DNA of 64,000 bases from Chthoniobacteraceae bacterium (GCA_031409655.1 JANNXQ010000055.1:1-64000); one strand, 5' to 3'. Shown: positions 46,419-56,801, counted from the first letter of the stretch. The notes: a model not told the origin generated them from the letters alone. Numbers and translations are program-made.

Positions 46419-47198
46419 CTATTCCACGATCACTCCGCGATAGACCCGTTGTTGCGTGGGCGGCGGGTTGAAAGGTTTGATCGGCGTGCGACCGGGCAGG
46501 AGGCGGAGTTCGCTGAGCGTAGCGAGGTCGAGGCGGCCAGTGAGTGGGAGTCGCTTGCTCCGCTGGAAGGTGAGCAGGGCCTCCTCGGTGGCGGGGCCGG
46601 CCTGGCCATCGATGTCGTCCCGATAGTGGCCGCGCTGCGCGAGGAGCGACTGCGCGCGCCGGAGCGTCTGCTCCTGCACATCCCGCGGCGCGGTGGCGAA
46701 GGGCGTCTGGGCGAAAAGCATCTCCAGATCCGCGGTTGGCTCGGGGATTGGCCGGGGCGGTGGGACGACGGATTCGTCATCGGGCAATGGACCCTGGCGC
46801 GGCGTTTCGCGGCGCAGGAAGGCGCGGTCACCTTCTTCCACGGATTCGTCGCGGCGGATGTTCACGGGAGGCGCTGGCTCCCTCGTCATCCGTGGTTCGG
46901 GCGCAGGCGCCGGCGGAGTCGGGTCGCGCTCCATCGGCGGTGGGGGCGCAGCGGGTGCTTTCTGCTCCGTGCTCCCGGTGTCGAGCGCGTCCATTGTCGG
47001 GGTGTTCAATTGCCCGGTGACTTCGAGCCCGTTGCGAATTTGAAAGCGCCGGATGGCCGCGGTCATCTCCGCACCGACCTGACCGTCAATTTCCCCGTAG
47101 TAAAAGCCCTGCGTCTTGAGTTCCGTCTGCGCGTCGCGGATGCGGTCGTCGGCGTGAACACTGACGCCAAGGAGGAGGAGGAGAAGGAGTTTTTTCAT
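46419..47198 (-). CDS. Secreted protein with two peptidoglycan-binding (PG_binding_1) domains
   Basis: Signal peptide; GFYYGEIDG..AIRRFQ..GL.VTG and GHYRDDIDG..TFQ..LTGRLD; Pro-rich linker. Confidence 0.85.
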   Translation of the reverse strand: MKKLLLLLLLGVSVHADDRIRDAQTELKTQGFYYGEIDGQVGAEMTAAIRRFQIRNGLEVTGQLNTPTMDALDTGSTEQKAPAAPPPPMERDPTPPAPAPEPRMTREPAPPVNIRRDESVEEGDRAFLRRETPRQGPLPDDESVVPPPRPIPEPTADLEMLFAQTPFATAPRDVQEQTLRRAQSLLAQRGHYRDDIDGQAGPATEEALLTFQRSKRLPLTGRLDLATLSELRLLPGRTPIKPFNPPPTQQRVYRGVIVE

Positions 47199-47238
47199 CG
47201 CGGGGATGGGAGCTTCGACGCGCGCTTCGTCAGCCCAT

Positions 47239-48000
47239 TCACTCCCCCGACTGCACGAGTTCGGGCGGAGCTTTCGGTGGCTGCGGGCGCGACTTTTGGT
47301 AGCGGGCGACGCCCAGCGCGATCGAGCGCGCGAGCAGGTCGCGGTAGCCGGAGTTCGCGATCATCCGCGCCTCCATGGGATTATTGATGAAGCCGCACTC
47401 GACGAGGACGGCAGGATCGCGAGTGTGCCGGGCGACGTAGAACGGTCGCCCGCGGATGCCGCGATTCGTGGCCACGGTCTGCTGCACGAGGGCAGTCTGG
47501 ATGAAACCGGCGAGCGTTTCCCCGCTGTCGCGACCGGTGGCCCGTGCGGGATTAAAGAAGCCGGTCCAGGCCCACTCGGGCTCCTGTTCGAGTTTCTCCG
47601 AGGCGAAAAAGGTCTCGATACCGGAGGAGTCCGAATTGGTGGCGTGATTGAAATGGATGCTGATGAAAAGCGAATTGGCGACCTTGTTGGCCACCGCGGT
47701 GCGCTCGGAAAGGCGCATGTAAATGTCTCCGCGCCGGGTGAGCAAAGTGGGGAAGCCAAATTCCTGGAGGATCTTCTCAAGCCGCAGACCGACATCGAGC
47801 GTCAGATGTTTTTCCGTGAGACCGCTGCCTCGCGCGCCTTCGTCACGACCGCCGTGCCCGGGATCGATGACGACCGTCGGGAGAGTCTCGCTCAGCGCGG
47901 GCGGCGGCTGATCAAGGCGGCGCTCGTCGTCCGGAACGACGACGAAGGTCAGGCTGCCCGCCAAAACGATGAGACCCACGCAGGGCATGGAATTTCTCAT
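47239..48000 (-). CDS. N-acetylmuramoyl-L-alanine amidase (Amidase_3)
   Basis: IDPGHGG.D.GA, EK.LTLD, FISIHFN, VLVECGFINN; start uncertain. Confidence 0.9.
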   Translation of the reverse strand: MRNSMPCVGLIVLAGSLTFVVVPDDERRLDQPPPALSETLPTVVIDPGHGGRDEGARGSGLTEKHLTLDVGLRLEKILQEFGFPTLLTRRGDIYMRLSERTAVANKVANSLFISIHFNHATNSDSSGIETFFASEKLEQEPEWAWTGFFNPARATGRDSGETLAGFIQTALVQQTVATNRGIRGRPFYVARHTRDPAVLVECGFINNPMEARMIANSGYRDLLARSIALGVARYQKSRPQPPKAPPELVQSGE

Positions 48001-48080
48001 GTGTAGAGGTTTGCACGGCATCCAGAGCTTGCCGACAGCAGCTTTCCAGCGAGCCCACCTCTCTATGTGGCCCGAGACGA

Positions 48081-48866
48081 TCAATTCTTCGACTTTAAGA
48101 TGGGTCGAACTTCCGCATCCGGAAGCGACCGCCAAGTGAGCGGGCCGGAGTCCCCTCGCTCCAGGACCGCGGCTTCGATGGCGGCATTGGCCAGTTGTTC
48201 GTCCCGATGCCGAACGATATCGGCATGGGGCGGGAGATCTTTCGGCGCGTCGTCATCAAGGCTCCAGTGCCCGATGGACCACGCGTCCGCGGCAACGAGA
48301 AGAGCATCATCGAGGTTCGCGTGGACGTGCTTTTTCCCGCGGAGATACTCCTCCATCCGGGTGGTCGAGGCGGTCGTGCCCGAGATGACGCCGAATTCCT
48401 CGAAGGCCTGACCGAAGGCGCCTCCGTTCGTGTGCATCGAGCCGTCGTATTCGAGCCGGAGATAGAGATTCGGGGCGCCCTGGCGTCCGAGTTCGGCGAA
48501 GAGCAGGCGGGACAAATAAGGCGGACCGTAGATCTGCTCGAAGGCGGCCTTGAGCGCCGGACTCAGCGAATAGGTGGCAAGCCGCCGCAGGGAAACATCA
48601 TGCGCGGAGCGGGCGAAACCTTCCGTGCTGGCGAGTTCGATGGCGGTCATGCGCAGACGTTCGATGTCGCCCGGATGCCCGATGGCGCCCATCGCGATGC
48701 GGTCGTAGATCTCGAAAATCTTCTGCCGCTCGCGGCTCATGGTGAAGAGCAGGATGCCATCGCGATACGTGAGGGCGGCGATCGGGCTGCCGCCGGAGAG
48801 CTGATTTTCGACATACTCGCGCCGGTTCGCGATGGCTTCGACCCAACGATATGGCTCTTCGATCAT
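48081..48866 (-). CDS. prcA: 20S proteasome alpha subunit
   Basis: KIFEIYDRIAMGAIG, DVSLRRLA..LSPALK.AFE, LLFAELG, YDG; actinobacterial-type alpha pattern. Confidence 0.88.
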   Translation of the reverse strand: MIEEPYRWVEAIANRREYVENQLSGGSPIAALTYRDGILLFTMSRERQKIFEIYDRIAMGAIGHPGDIERLRMTAIELASTEGFARSAHDVSLRRLATYSLSPALKAAFEQIYGPPYLSRLLFAELGRQGAPNLYLRLEYDGSMHTNGGAFGQAFEEFGVISGTTASTTRMEEYLRGKKHVHANLDDALLVAADAWSIGHWSLDDDAPKDLPPHADIVRHRDEQLANAAIEAAVLERGDSGPLTWRSLPDAEVRPILKSKN

Positions 48867-48891
48867 GGAGTGTGGCTGGAGGGGTGGCGCA

Positions 48892-49707
48892 TTATGCGAG
48901 CTTCGCCTTGAAGATCTTCGCCATGCGCGCTTCGGGCAGCGTTTCGATACCGGCGCCGGAGACGATCTTGATGATCGGGAACACATCCGCACGTCGATCG
49001 ACACCGCCGGTAGCCGTGTCACTCGACGCCGCAGTCTCCAGCGCCCGCAAGGCGAGCAGCACGGCCTCCGCCGAGCGGAGCTTGCGCAGCGGTCGCTTGC
49101 CCCAGGTATTTTCGTAATGCAAGACGCTGCGCACGGCGGGGGAACCCGAACCCGTCGCCGCGTAATCCGCCGCTTCGAACTGCGCACCCATCGCGTCGTA
49201 AAAGTACAGTCGCGCCGCTTCCGCTTCATGATCGTAGGTCGCGAAGAGCGGCACGACGACGCCGATGCCTTGCAGCACCGCGCCGAGATTATCGCGGAGC
49301 AGTTTCGAAAGCGCGCGCACCTTGCCATCCATGCTCATCTCCTGGAGCTGGCTGCGGCGGTAAAATTGAAATGAATGCTCGAGCACGCGCGCCATCTCCC
49401 AAGCGGTCGCGGGAACGCCAGCGATGGCCATCAATGAGTGGCGGTCGATCTCGAGCACTTTATCCGCGCGATCATAGACGAGCGTATTTCCCGCGGTGGC
49501 CCGTCGATCGCCAGCGACGAGCACGCCGTCGGCAAACTTGAAAGCCAGGATCGTCGTGCCGTGGGTGGGCACGAAGCCGGGCGCATTCGCGGCATACAGA
49601 GAAGGCGCCGGTGCGGCGGGTGGAATGGCCCCGTGTCTTTTCAGCACTGCCACGAAATCCTCTACCGGAGCCGCTCCCGCGGGCTGCCGGTCACTCTGGC
49701 CGATCAT
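48892..49707 (-). CDS. prcB: 20S proteasome beta subunit with 50-aa propeptide
   Basis: THG/TTILA cleavage site; Thr1, Asp17 (GDRRAT), Lys33; GSGS; DTATGG. Confidence 0.92.
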   Translation of the reverse strand: MIGQSDRQPAGAAPVEDFVAVLKRHGAIPPAAPAPSLYAANAPGFVPTHGTTILAFKFADGVLVAGDRRATAGNTLVYDRADKVLEIDRHSLMAIAGVPATAWEMARVLEHSFQFYRRSQLQEMSMDGKVRALSKLLRDNLGAVLQGIGVVVPLFATYDHEAEAARLYFYDAMGAQFEAADYAATGSGSPAVRSVLHYENTWGKRPLRKLRSAEAVLLALRALETAASSDTATGGVDRRADVFPIIKIVSGAGIETLPEARMAKIFKAKLA

Positions 49708-49880
49708 TCGCCGGTGCGCTGCCGGTAGCGCTTGGACTGATTCGGATCCACCCGGCGCATGCGCTGGAGGAGATCCTTGGTGTCGGGCTTGTTTACGTCG
49801 GGGGCTTTTGGCCCACCGCCGTCACCTTGTTGCGGTCCCCACGGTGCGGGGCTCGGCGGTTTTTGCGTCCGATCAGGCAT
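49704..49880 (-). CDS. ubact: Ubiquitin-like protein UBact
   Basis: 58-aa disordered protein; GDGGGP..P....P....LL.RMRRVDPNQSKRYRQRTGE C-terminus; overlaps the prcB start. Confidence 0.88.
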   Translation of the reverse strand: MPDRTQKPPSPAPWGPQQGDGGGPKAPDVNKPDTKDLLQRMRRVDPNQSKRYRQRTGE

Positions 49881-49886
49881 GCGCAA

Positions 49887-49914
49887 AGTGTACGAACCGC
49901 GCGGAAAAACGCAA
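49887..49914 (-). promoter_or_regulatory. Putative sigma70 promoter for a leaderless ubact transcript
   Basis: TTGCGT-16 nt-TACACT-6 nt-ATG on the minus strand. Confidence 0.45.
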
Positions 49915-49995
49915 CTGAGCAAACGTAATCAGTGCCGAAGAAAATTCCGCGCCTGTGGCTCTTGCCAGCGCGGAAGGAAAATGACAAAGGAGGGA

Positions 49996-50463
49996 ATGAT
50001 TCGAAACCTTGCACTTTTCTCCGTCGGCGCTGCGCTCGTCTGCGCCGTGCCGGGCGCGAAGGCTGACGAAAAGCAGATGATCGAGGAGTTGCGCGAAGTG
50101 CGGGCGCTCGTCGAGCAACAGGCGAAACAAATCGATGCACTGACGACGCAAGTCTCGCGGCTGAATCAATTGATCGCCGAAAAAGTGGTCGCCGCTTCGG
50201 CACCCGAAGTTCCAGTGGCGGCAAAAAGCGCGGACCCTTTTGCCAATGCGCCGAAGGCCGAAGCGGCTCCGGAGGCTCCACGACACATCGTCGTGAAGGG
50301 CGAGACATTGACCTCCATCGCAAAGCACTACAACGTAACGCTGGCCGAGTTGATGAAAGCGAACACGGCGCTCAATCCCGCCAAACTCCAAATCGGCCAG
50401 AGCGTCACGATCCCAAGTCTCAAGGCCCCCGAACAACCCGCGGAAAAAAAAGAAACCCCCTAA
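49996..50463 (+). CDS. LysM domain protein with signal peptide and coiled coil
   Basis: HIVVKGETLTSIAKHYNVTLAELMKAN...LQIGQSVTIP; GGAGG upstream. Confidence 0.88.
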   Translation: MIRNLALFSVGAALVCAVPGAKADEKQMIEELREVRALVEQQAKQIDALTTQVSRLNQLIAEKVVAASAPEVPVAAKSADPFANAPKAEAAPEAPRHIVVKGETLTSIAKHYNVTLAELMKANTALNPAKLQIGQSVTIPSLKAPEQPAEKKETP

Positions 50464-50982
50464 ATGGACGACACCGATAAATGGTTCCTGCTGAAAAACG
50501 ACGACGGCGCGCTCTTTGGCCCGATCACGTTTGAACAATTGCGTGAGTGGGCGATGGACGCCCAGGTCTCACCGCTGGACAAAATCTCCCGGGACGAGCG
50601 GAACTGGGTGAAGGCGCCGATGGTCCCGGAACTCGCGATGGACTATCTCGTCGAGGTCAGCCCGGATCAATTTTACGGCCCGACGACGATCGGCGCGGTG
50701 CGGGAGTTTCTGATGGTCGGCGAGATCAATCAGGACACGCCGGTGACCAATTGCCGGGATGGTGCGGTGATGCGCGTGCGCGACATTCCCGAGCTCGAGA
50801 TCGCCGAGGCGCAGAACGAATCGCGGCCCGTGCGCACGAGCATCCGCGTGAATCTTCAGCAGCGCATTCGCGATCTGGAGGAGGCGCTCATGGAGGAGCG
50901 CCGCGCCCGCGAACAGGCCGAGCATCTTCTCGAAAAGCTGGAAGCCAAGCTCGCGGATATCACTCGCGCGGCTTCGCTTTAA
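50464..50982 (+). CDS. Hypothetical protein with two GYF_2 (DUF4339)-like repeats and a coiled coil
   Basis: W....DG..FGP.TFEQL..W and FYGPTT.GAV.EFL..GEI repeats. Confidence 0.65.
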   Translation: MDDTDKWFLLKNDDGALFGPITFEQLREWAMDAQVSPLDKISRDERNWVKAPMVPELAMDYLVEVSPDQFYGPTTIGAVREFLMVGEINQDTPVTNCRDGAVMRVRDIPELEIAEAQNESRPVRTSIRVNLQQRIRDLEEALMEERRAREQAEHLLEKLEAKLADITRAASL

Positions 50983-52063
50983 GGTCTCGCTCCGCGCCTT
51001 TCAGCACGGCGTCGATCCACCGATACGCCTCCTCGCGGATTTCCTCCGGGAAATCGTGTGGGCAATCTGGATGGACGACGCGCAAGCGATCCGCCGCGTT
51101 GTGCAGCGCGAAGATGGGCGTCGCCGCTTTTGCGATGCGATCGACGCTCTGCCACTTGAAGTTCGCGTCGCCGAGCGGGGCGCTGAGGAAGACGTGACGA
51201 GGTGCGAGTGCGCCGATCATTTCCTGAAAATCGAAGGGAACATCGGCCGCGCGCCCGAGGTAAGCGGTGAGTCGCGGCATGTAGCGATCCTGCGTCCAGC
51301 CTTTGATATTTCCGTCATAGTAATCGACGAAGGAATCGAGCCCGCAGCTTGAGACCACGACTTTGAGGCGCTCGTCGAAGACGGCCGTGAAGACCGAATT
51401 GTGCCCGCCGAGCGAATGACCGATCGCGCCGAAGGCTCCTCCGCGGACAAAGGGCAGCGACTCCAGCAGATCGAGGCCGCGCACGTTATCCCAGATCGCC
51501 TTCATCGTGCCGCTGGCGTAGCCGAGTTCGGCGAGGTCTGGTTGGTAATCGGCGAGGTGCGGGTAGGCCGGGGCGAGCGCCACGTACCCGCGCTGCGCGA
51601 GTTCGTAGGCATAGGCGCGATTCGCGGCCGCGCCGGGTTCGACCACCGTCCGGTTGCCGATCACGTTGTTCGTCCCGTGCAGGCAGAGCACGGCGGGAAA
51701 TTTAGCCGTGCCGTTGAGCGCGGCCTTCGGGATGAGGAGCCAGGCCTGCGCGCGTCCGCCCGGTTCGCTCGCGTAGGTGATTCGGCGGCGAACGTGATCG
51801 CCGGCGTCGATCTCTTCCACGACCTGCATGTCGAGCGGGCAGCGCTTTTCCGCACCGGGCAGCGGCCCCATGATTTCCTGCATCGCCCGCAGCACTTCGG
51901 CGCGCCGCTGGCGCCAGTCTTCGAGCGTCGTCCCGCGCTGCCCCGCTCCGCTGGAATCGCGGAAGAGGAGGAGGTCATCCCGGTCGAGGCGTGGAGCATC
52001 CGCGGCATGAAGGCAGACGGTGAACACACTGCAAACGAATCCGGAGAGGCGCGGAATTTTCAT
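50960..52063 (-). CDS. Secreted alpha/beta hydrolase (dienelactone hydrolase/esterase-like)
   Basis: PAVLCLHG, ELAQRGYV, GHSLGG nucleophile elbow, HDF. Confidence 0.82.
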   Translation of the reverse strand: MKIPRLSGFVCSVFTVCLHAADAPRLDRDDLLLFRDSSGAGQRGTTLEDWRQRRAEVLRAMQEIMGPLPGAEKRCPLDMQVVEEIDAGDHVRRRITYASEPGGRAQAWLLIPKAALNGTAKFPAVLCLHGTNNVIGNRTVVEPGAAANRAYAYELAQRGYVALAPAYPHLADYQPDLAELGYASGTMKAIWDNVRGLDLLESLPFVRGGAFGAIGHSLGGHNSVFTAVFDERLKVVVSSCGLDSFVDYYDGNIKGWTQDRYMPRLTAYLGRAADVPFDFQEMIGALAPRHVFLSAPLGDANFKWQSVDRIAKAATPIFALHNAADRLRVVHPDCPHDFPEEIREEAYRWIDAVLKGAERDLKAKPRE

Positions 52064-52161
52064 GGCAAAAGGGGGAGCCGCGAGACTCGCCAGCGCCAGG
52101 CATACGAACAAGTTCACAGTTCCGCTCGACGCTCACCGCGAGGCAGCGGACGATAGCCGCC

Positions 52162-53970
52162 TTGGCCCTCATCCCACCAGAAACGCTCGAACAAATCGCC
52201 GCCGCGAATGACATCGCGGAGGTGATCGGCGGCTACATTCAGCTCAAGCGCGCGGGTGCGACGTTCAAGGCGCTCTGCCCGTTTCACGTGGAGCGTTCGC
52301 CGTCCTTCACGGTGAATCCGCAGCGGCAGATTTTTAAGTGCTTCGGCTGCGGCGCGGGCGGGAGCGTTTTCAAATTTGTGGAGCTCTACGAGAGCCTCAG
52401 CTTCCCTGATGCGGCGCGGAAACTCGCGGAACGCGCGGGTATCAAAATCGTCGAGGCGGAGATGAGCGCGGAGGACCAGGCGCGCTTCGGTATGAGGCGC
52501 CGACTGCTCGCCCTGCACCTCGATGTCGCGGAGTATTTCCATCGCAATCTGATGAAGCTGCCGTCCGCGCAGATCGGGCGCGATTACCTGAAAAAGCGCG
52601 GCATTTCCGGCGACGTGGCGAAGGAGTGGAAGCTCGGCTACGCGCCGGACGAGTGGGATGCGATGGCCAGCTTTGCGCACGAACGCGGATATACCGAAGC
52701 GGAGTTGATCGAGAGCGGGCTGGTGAAATTGCGTGATGAGGAACAGCCGCACGGGGAATACTACGACCGGTTCCGCGGGCGCGTGATGTTTCCCATCTGC
52801 AACGATTCCGGCGAGGTCATCGGCTTCAGCGGGCGCGTCCTCGAAGCTGACGCGAAGGGCGCGAAGTACATCAACTCGCCCGAGACGATGCTCTTCACGA
52901 AAGGCAAAGTGCTCTTCGGCCTGCACAAATCGAAGCGCGCGCTGATCGACAAAAGCTCGGCGATCGTCTGCGAGGGCCAACTCGATTTGATCACGGCCTA
53001 CGAAGCGGGGATCAAAAATGTGGTCGCCCCACAGGGCACCGCCTTCACCGAGATGCAGGCGCGCAAACTCAAGCAGTACTGCGAAGAAGTCGTGCTCTGC
53101 TTTGACTCCGATGCGGCCGGACAAAAGGCTGCCGAGCGGTCGCTCACCGCGCTGCTCGCGTCGAACCTCGCCGTCCGCGTTGCCACGATGCCACCGGGCG
53201 AAGACCCCGACTCGCTCATCCGCAGCCAGGGAGGCGAGGCCTTTTCCGCGCGGATCACCGCAGCGAAAGACTACTTCGACTTTCAAATCGACGCGATGGC
53301 GGAGCACCCGGACTTTGCGAGTTCCCGCGGGAAGATGCAGGCCGCCCGCAAAATGGCCGCGTCGATCAGCCTCATTGCCGACGCGGTGTTGCGGGAGACG
53401 GTGATGAATAAGGTGACCATGCGGCTGGAGGTCTCGACCGCGGAATTCGTCAAGATGCTCAAGCAACCCACCGTGGCTGCGTCCCACGATTCACCCGACG
53501 AGCAAACGATCACCGAGCCGATCGTCCTTGATCCCACGATGCGCCTGCTCGCCCTCGTCGCCTTGCACAATGAAGATGCCCGCGCCTGGCTGCTCGAGGA
53601 GCACTGGCGTGAGAGCCTCGAGCAGGAACCCGGCGCCGACCTCGTCGCCAAGATTCTCGATTTTCCGCTCCGCGTGGGGGACCCGCCCTCCGCTGGCACC
53701 TTGCTCTCCAGCCTCGATACGGCCGGCGAGGCAGCCGTTGCGGGGCTGCTCAATGACCCGCCGCCAGAGCACGCGATGGCCGTCACCCACGACTGCTGGC
53801 GCGAACTAGAGCGCCGGAAAATCCGCCGCCGGATCGATGCGCTCAAAGCACGGCAACGCGCTCAAAATCTGGACTTTGAGACAGTCGCGAAATTGCACGA
53901 AGAAATCCTTGATTTGCAAAAACGACTCTCCGATATTGCGCGGCCTTTGTCCCCGCCCCTTTCGACGTAG
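52162..53970 (+). CDS. dnaG: DNA primase
   Basis: CPFH..CFGC zinc finger, [32 protein letters not shown]. Confidence 0.96.
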   Translation: MALIPPETLEQIAAANDIAEVIGGYIQLKRAGATFKALCPFHVERSPSFTVNPQRQIFKCFGCGAGGSVFKFVELYESLSFPDAARKLAERAGIKIVEAEMSAEDQARFGMRRRLLALHLDVAEYFHRNLMKLPSAQIGRDYLKKRGISGDVAKEWKLGYAPDEWDAMASFAHERGYTEAELIESGLVKLRDEEQPHGEYYDRFRGRVMFPICNDSGEVIGFSGRVLEADAKGAKYINSPETMLFTKGKVLFGLHKSKRALIDKSSAIVCEGQLDLITAYEAGIKNVVAPQGTAFTEMQARKLKQYCEEVVLCFDSDAAGQKAAERSLTALLASNLAVRVATMPPGEDPDSLIRSQGGEAFSARITAAKDYFDFQIDAMAEHPDFASSRGKMQAARKMAASISLIADAVLRETVMNKVTMRLEVSTAEFVKMLKQPTVAASHDSPDEQTITEPIVLDPTMRLLALVALHNEDARAWLLEEHWRESLEQEPGADLVAKILDFPLRVGDPPSAGTLLSSLDTAGEAAVAGLLNDPPPEHAMAVTHDCWRELERRKIRRRIDALKARQRAQNLDFETVAKLHEEILDLQKRLSDIARPLSPPLST

Positions 53971-54017
53971 CCTATGTTTTGAGAGGCGGGGTTAGTTATC
54001 TTCTCCACTCCTCGGGT

Positions 54018-55907
54018 ATGCCTAAGACCGTCAAAAAAGCCTCATCAAAAATCGTCAAGTCACCCAGCAAGAAAACCCAACCGAGCGCTAAAAAGAGCCC
54101 CCCAAAGGAACATCGAAAGGCAAAACCTGTGGCCATAAAAAAGGCCACCAAGGAGAAGGCACCGACGAAAGCCGAGCAGGTGGTGCAGGCCAAGAACGGC
54201 AAGGCGGCGAAAGGCGGAATCCCGGCAAAGTTGGGCAAAGTAATCGCCCCAGCGGCAACAACCATCAGCGTGATCGATCAGCCTGATGTGCAGGAGAAAT
54301 TGCGCGAACTGATCAAGCTCGCCAAGGAGCAGGGCTACCTCACCTACGACGACCTGAACGAGGCGCTCCCAGATAACGTCAATGATCCCGACGAGATGGA
54401 GACGATCATGAGTCGGCTCCGGACCATGGAGATCGAGATCATCGACGCGTCGGACGTGGATCGTTTTAAGGACGGCAAGAAGGTCGAAGACGCTGAGGAA
54501 GAAGAAGAGAAGCCCGAGGCCAAACTGGACATCCTCGATGACCCGGTGCGGATGTATCTGAAGCAGATGGGCCAGGTGCCTTTGCTGACTCGCGAGCAGG
54601 AAGTGGAAATTTCCAAACGCATCGAGGAGGCGGAACTCAATGTGCAGAAGCATATCAACCGTTTTGGTTTCATTGCCCGCGCTTATCTCGATCTTGCTCA
54701 AAAGCTGACGGAAGGCCGCGAGCGTTTCGACCGCGTGATCCTCGATAAGAAAATCGAAAGCCGCGAGCGCTACATGAAACTCCTGCCGAAGCAAATGAAC
54801 CAGCTTCAGCACGCCTCGGAGAATTGCAGCACTACTTTCCGCAATTACATTGCCCACGGCGGCAAGAATCACGACACGAAGTCGTATCAGGACTTTGAGA
54901 AAGCCCACGCGGCGATCCAGCGGCAGTATCCGAAGTTTTTCTTCAAGCAGAAGGTCACGGAGGAATTCGTACACCTCGCGGACGAAGCCCACCGGCAACT
55001 GGTGCTCTGGCAGAACGAACTGGCCAAGCCCAAGACGAAGCAGACTCGCGTGCATGGCCACCAGCCGATCGACTACGCCGCGAAGATCAAGGATCAGACC
55101 CTGCGGATGTGGATGAGCCCGGAGGAATTCCTCGCCGAGTACCAGGAGCTAAAGCTTTGGCTGAAGAAGGCGCTGAAGGCCAAGACCGAGATGGTCGAGG
55201 CGAATCTGCGCCTCGTCATTTCCATCGCGAAAAAGTACACGAACCGCGGCCTTTCCTTCCTCGATCTCATTCAGGAAGGCAACATGGGCCTGATGAAGGC
55301 GGTCGAGAAATTCGAGTACCGCCGCGGTTACAAATTCTCCACCTACGCCACTTGGTGGATTCGACAGGCGATCACCCGTTCCATTGCCGACCAGGCGCGC
55401 ACGATCCGCATCCCGGTGCATATGATCGAGACGATCAATAAGTTGATGCGCGTGCAGAAGCAGCTCGTGCAGGATTACGGTCGCGAACCCACCCCCGAGG
55501 AAGTCGCCGACGAAATCCAACTCCCCGTGGAGCGGGTGCGGGCGGTGCTCAAGATGGCGCAGCAGCCGATCTCGCTCCAGTCGCCAGTCGGCGAAAGCGA
55601 CGACACCAGCTTCGGCGATTTCATCCCCGACACCACGGCGGAAGACCCGAGCGACGTCACGGCGATCATGTTGCTCAAGGAGAAGATCCGCGATGTGCTC
55701 GACACCCTCACCGAGCGTGAGCGGCAAGTCCTGGAGCAGCGTTTCGGCCTCGTGGATGGCTACAGCCGCACTCTGGAGGAAGTGGGTCGCCAGTTCCGGG
55801 TCACGCGTGAGCGCATCCGGCAGATCGAGGCCAAGGCGCTCCGGAAGATGCGTCACCCGACGAGGATCCGGCAACTCGAAGGATTCCTCGAAGCTCAGCA
55901 GGCATAA
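54018..55907 (+). CDS. rpoD: RNA polymerase primary sigma factor
   Basis: [54 protein letters not shown]. Confidence 0.97.
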   Translation: MPKTVKKASSKIVKSPSKKTQPSAKKSPPKEHRKAKPVAIKKATKEKAPTKAEQVVQAKNGKAAKGGIPAKLGKVIAPAATTISVIDQPDVQEKLRELIKLAKEQGYLTYDDLNEALPDNVNDPDEMETIMSRLRTMEIEIIDASDVDRFKDGKKVEDAEEEEEKPEAKLDILDDPVRMYLKQMGQVPLLTREQEVEISKRIEEAELNVQKHINRFGFIARAYLDLAQKLTEGRERFDRVILDKKIESRERYMKLLPKQMNQLQHASENCSTTFRNYIAHGGKNHDTKSYQDFEKAHAAIQRQYPKFFFKQKVTEEFVHLADEAHRQLVLWQNELAKPKTKQTRVHGHQPIDYAAKIKDQTLRMWMSPEEFLAEYQELKLWLKKALKAKTEMVEANLRLVISIAKKYTNRGLSFLDLIQEGNMGLMKAVEKFEYRRGYKFSTYATWWIRQAITRSIADQARTIRIPVHMIETINKLMRVQKQLVQDYGREPTPEEVADEIQLPVERVRAVLKMAQQPISLQSPVGESDDTSFGDFIPDTTAEDPSDVTAIMLLKEKIRDVLDTLTERERQVLEQRFGLVDGYSRTLEEVGRQFRVTRERIRQIEAKALRKMRHPTRIRQLEGFLEAQQA

Positions 55908-55940
55908 ATTGCCCGCAGTGGCGTTCAGGTAAAATGGTTC

Positions 55941-55965
55941 GCAACTTCGGTCTCCCACGTGCGTT
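55941..55965 (+). promoter_or_regulatory. Putative ECF-sigma promoter
   Basis: GCAAC-16 nt-CGTT, 12 nt before the ATG at 55978. Confidence 0.4.
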
Positions 55966-55977
55966 CATCTCTGCGCG

Positions 55978-56325
55978 ATGAATCACGACGAAAAAGACGA
56001 CCTCTGGGATCTCCTCGGCAAAGCGAAACCTGTTCAGGCATCCCCGTTTTTTTCGCGGAACGTCCTCCGGGCGATTCGCAGCCAGGAGCCCGAAAGGGCG
56101 GGCGTCGTCGCTTGGTTCCTTTCTCGGTGGAAACTCGTCGCGGCCGGCGCCGTTGCCTTCCTCGTCACCACTCTGGTCTTCCAGCCCCGCCCTGAATCCG
56201 TGGAATCTCTGGAGGTGCTCGCCTTGAGCGTCAGCGCCAGCCCGGACTACCATGTGATCAGCAACCTTGACGAACTGCTCGAATCGCAAGCGAGTTCCGT
56301 ATGGCTCGATACCTCCGTTTACTAG
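55978..56325 (+). CDS. Anti-sigma-like single-TM protein
   Basis: LWDLL...SPFFSRNVLRAI N-terminus, one TM, acidic NLDELL tail. Confidence 0.6.
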   Translation: MNHDEKDDLWDLLGKAKPVQASPFFSRNVLRAIRSQEPERAGVVAWFLSRWKLVAAGAVAFLVTTLVFQPRPESVESLEVLALSVSASPDYHVISNLDELLESQASSVWLDTSVY

Positions 56326-56801
56326 GCGCGCTCTCCCTCGCGCTCCTTTTCTGCCCGTCCGCACTGGTCGCAGGCGAGCCTGGGCGGCCCGAAAAGCCTT
56401 GGCAGAATGGCAACCGTCCGTCTCCGGGCCCATTCGCGGGAGACAAATCTCCGCAGATGGAAAATGTGCGGAAGGCCCTCGAAGCCCTCGGCCCCGAACA
56501 ACGTCGGCGGTTTGCCGAAAATCTCCTTCGCTGGTCCAATCTTTCGCCGGAGGAGAAAAAGGTGCTCCGCGAAGGCGAGGAGTTGCGGAAGAAGTACATG
56601 GAAGCCGAGATCAACGCGGCCATCGCAGAATCCGGCCTCCAGTTGGACGGTGAGCGGCGCGCTCAGTTTATTCGGCGTTTCGAGGAGGAGCGGAAAAAAA
56701 TCGAAGAGCAACTCCGCAAGGAAACGATGGAGAAGCGCAAGCCAATGGTTCGCGAACTCATCGGGCGGATGAAGACGGAGTTTTCAACTCCGAATCCGTA
56801 A
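56301..56801 (+). CDS. Periplasmic helical protein (DUF3106-like)
   Basis: Signal peptide; L.PEQRRR...RW..LSPEEK repeats. Confidence 0.6.
   Translation: MARYLRLLGALSLALLFCPSALVAGEPGRPEKPWQNGNRPSPGPFAGDKSPQMENVRKALEALGPEQRRRFAENLLRWSNLSPEEKKVLREGEELRKKYMEAEINAAIAESGLQLDGERRAQFIRRFEEERKKIEEQLRKETMEKRKPMVRELIGRMKTEFSTPNP

Noticed and set aside
49704..49880. UBact as a wholly new modifier
   Set aside because: The family is already described; only its context is reported as a finding
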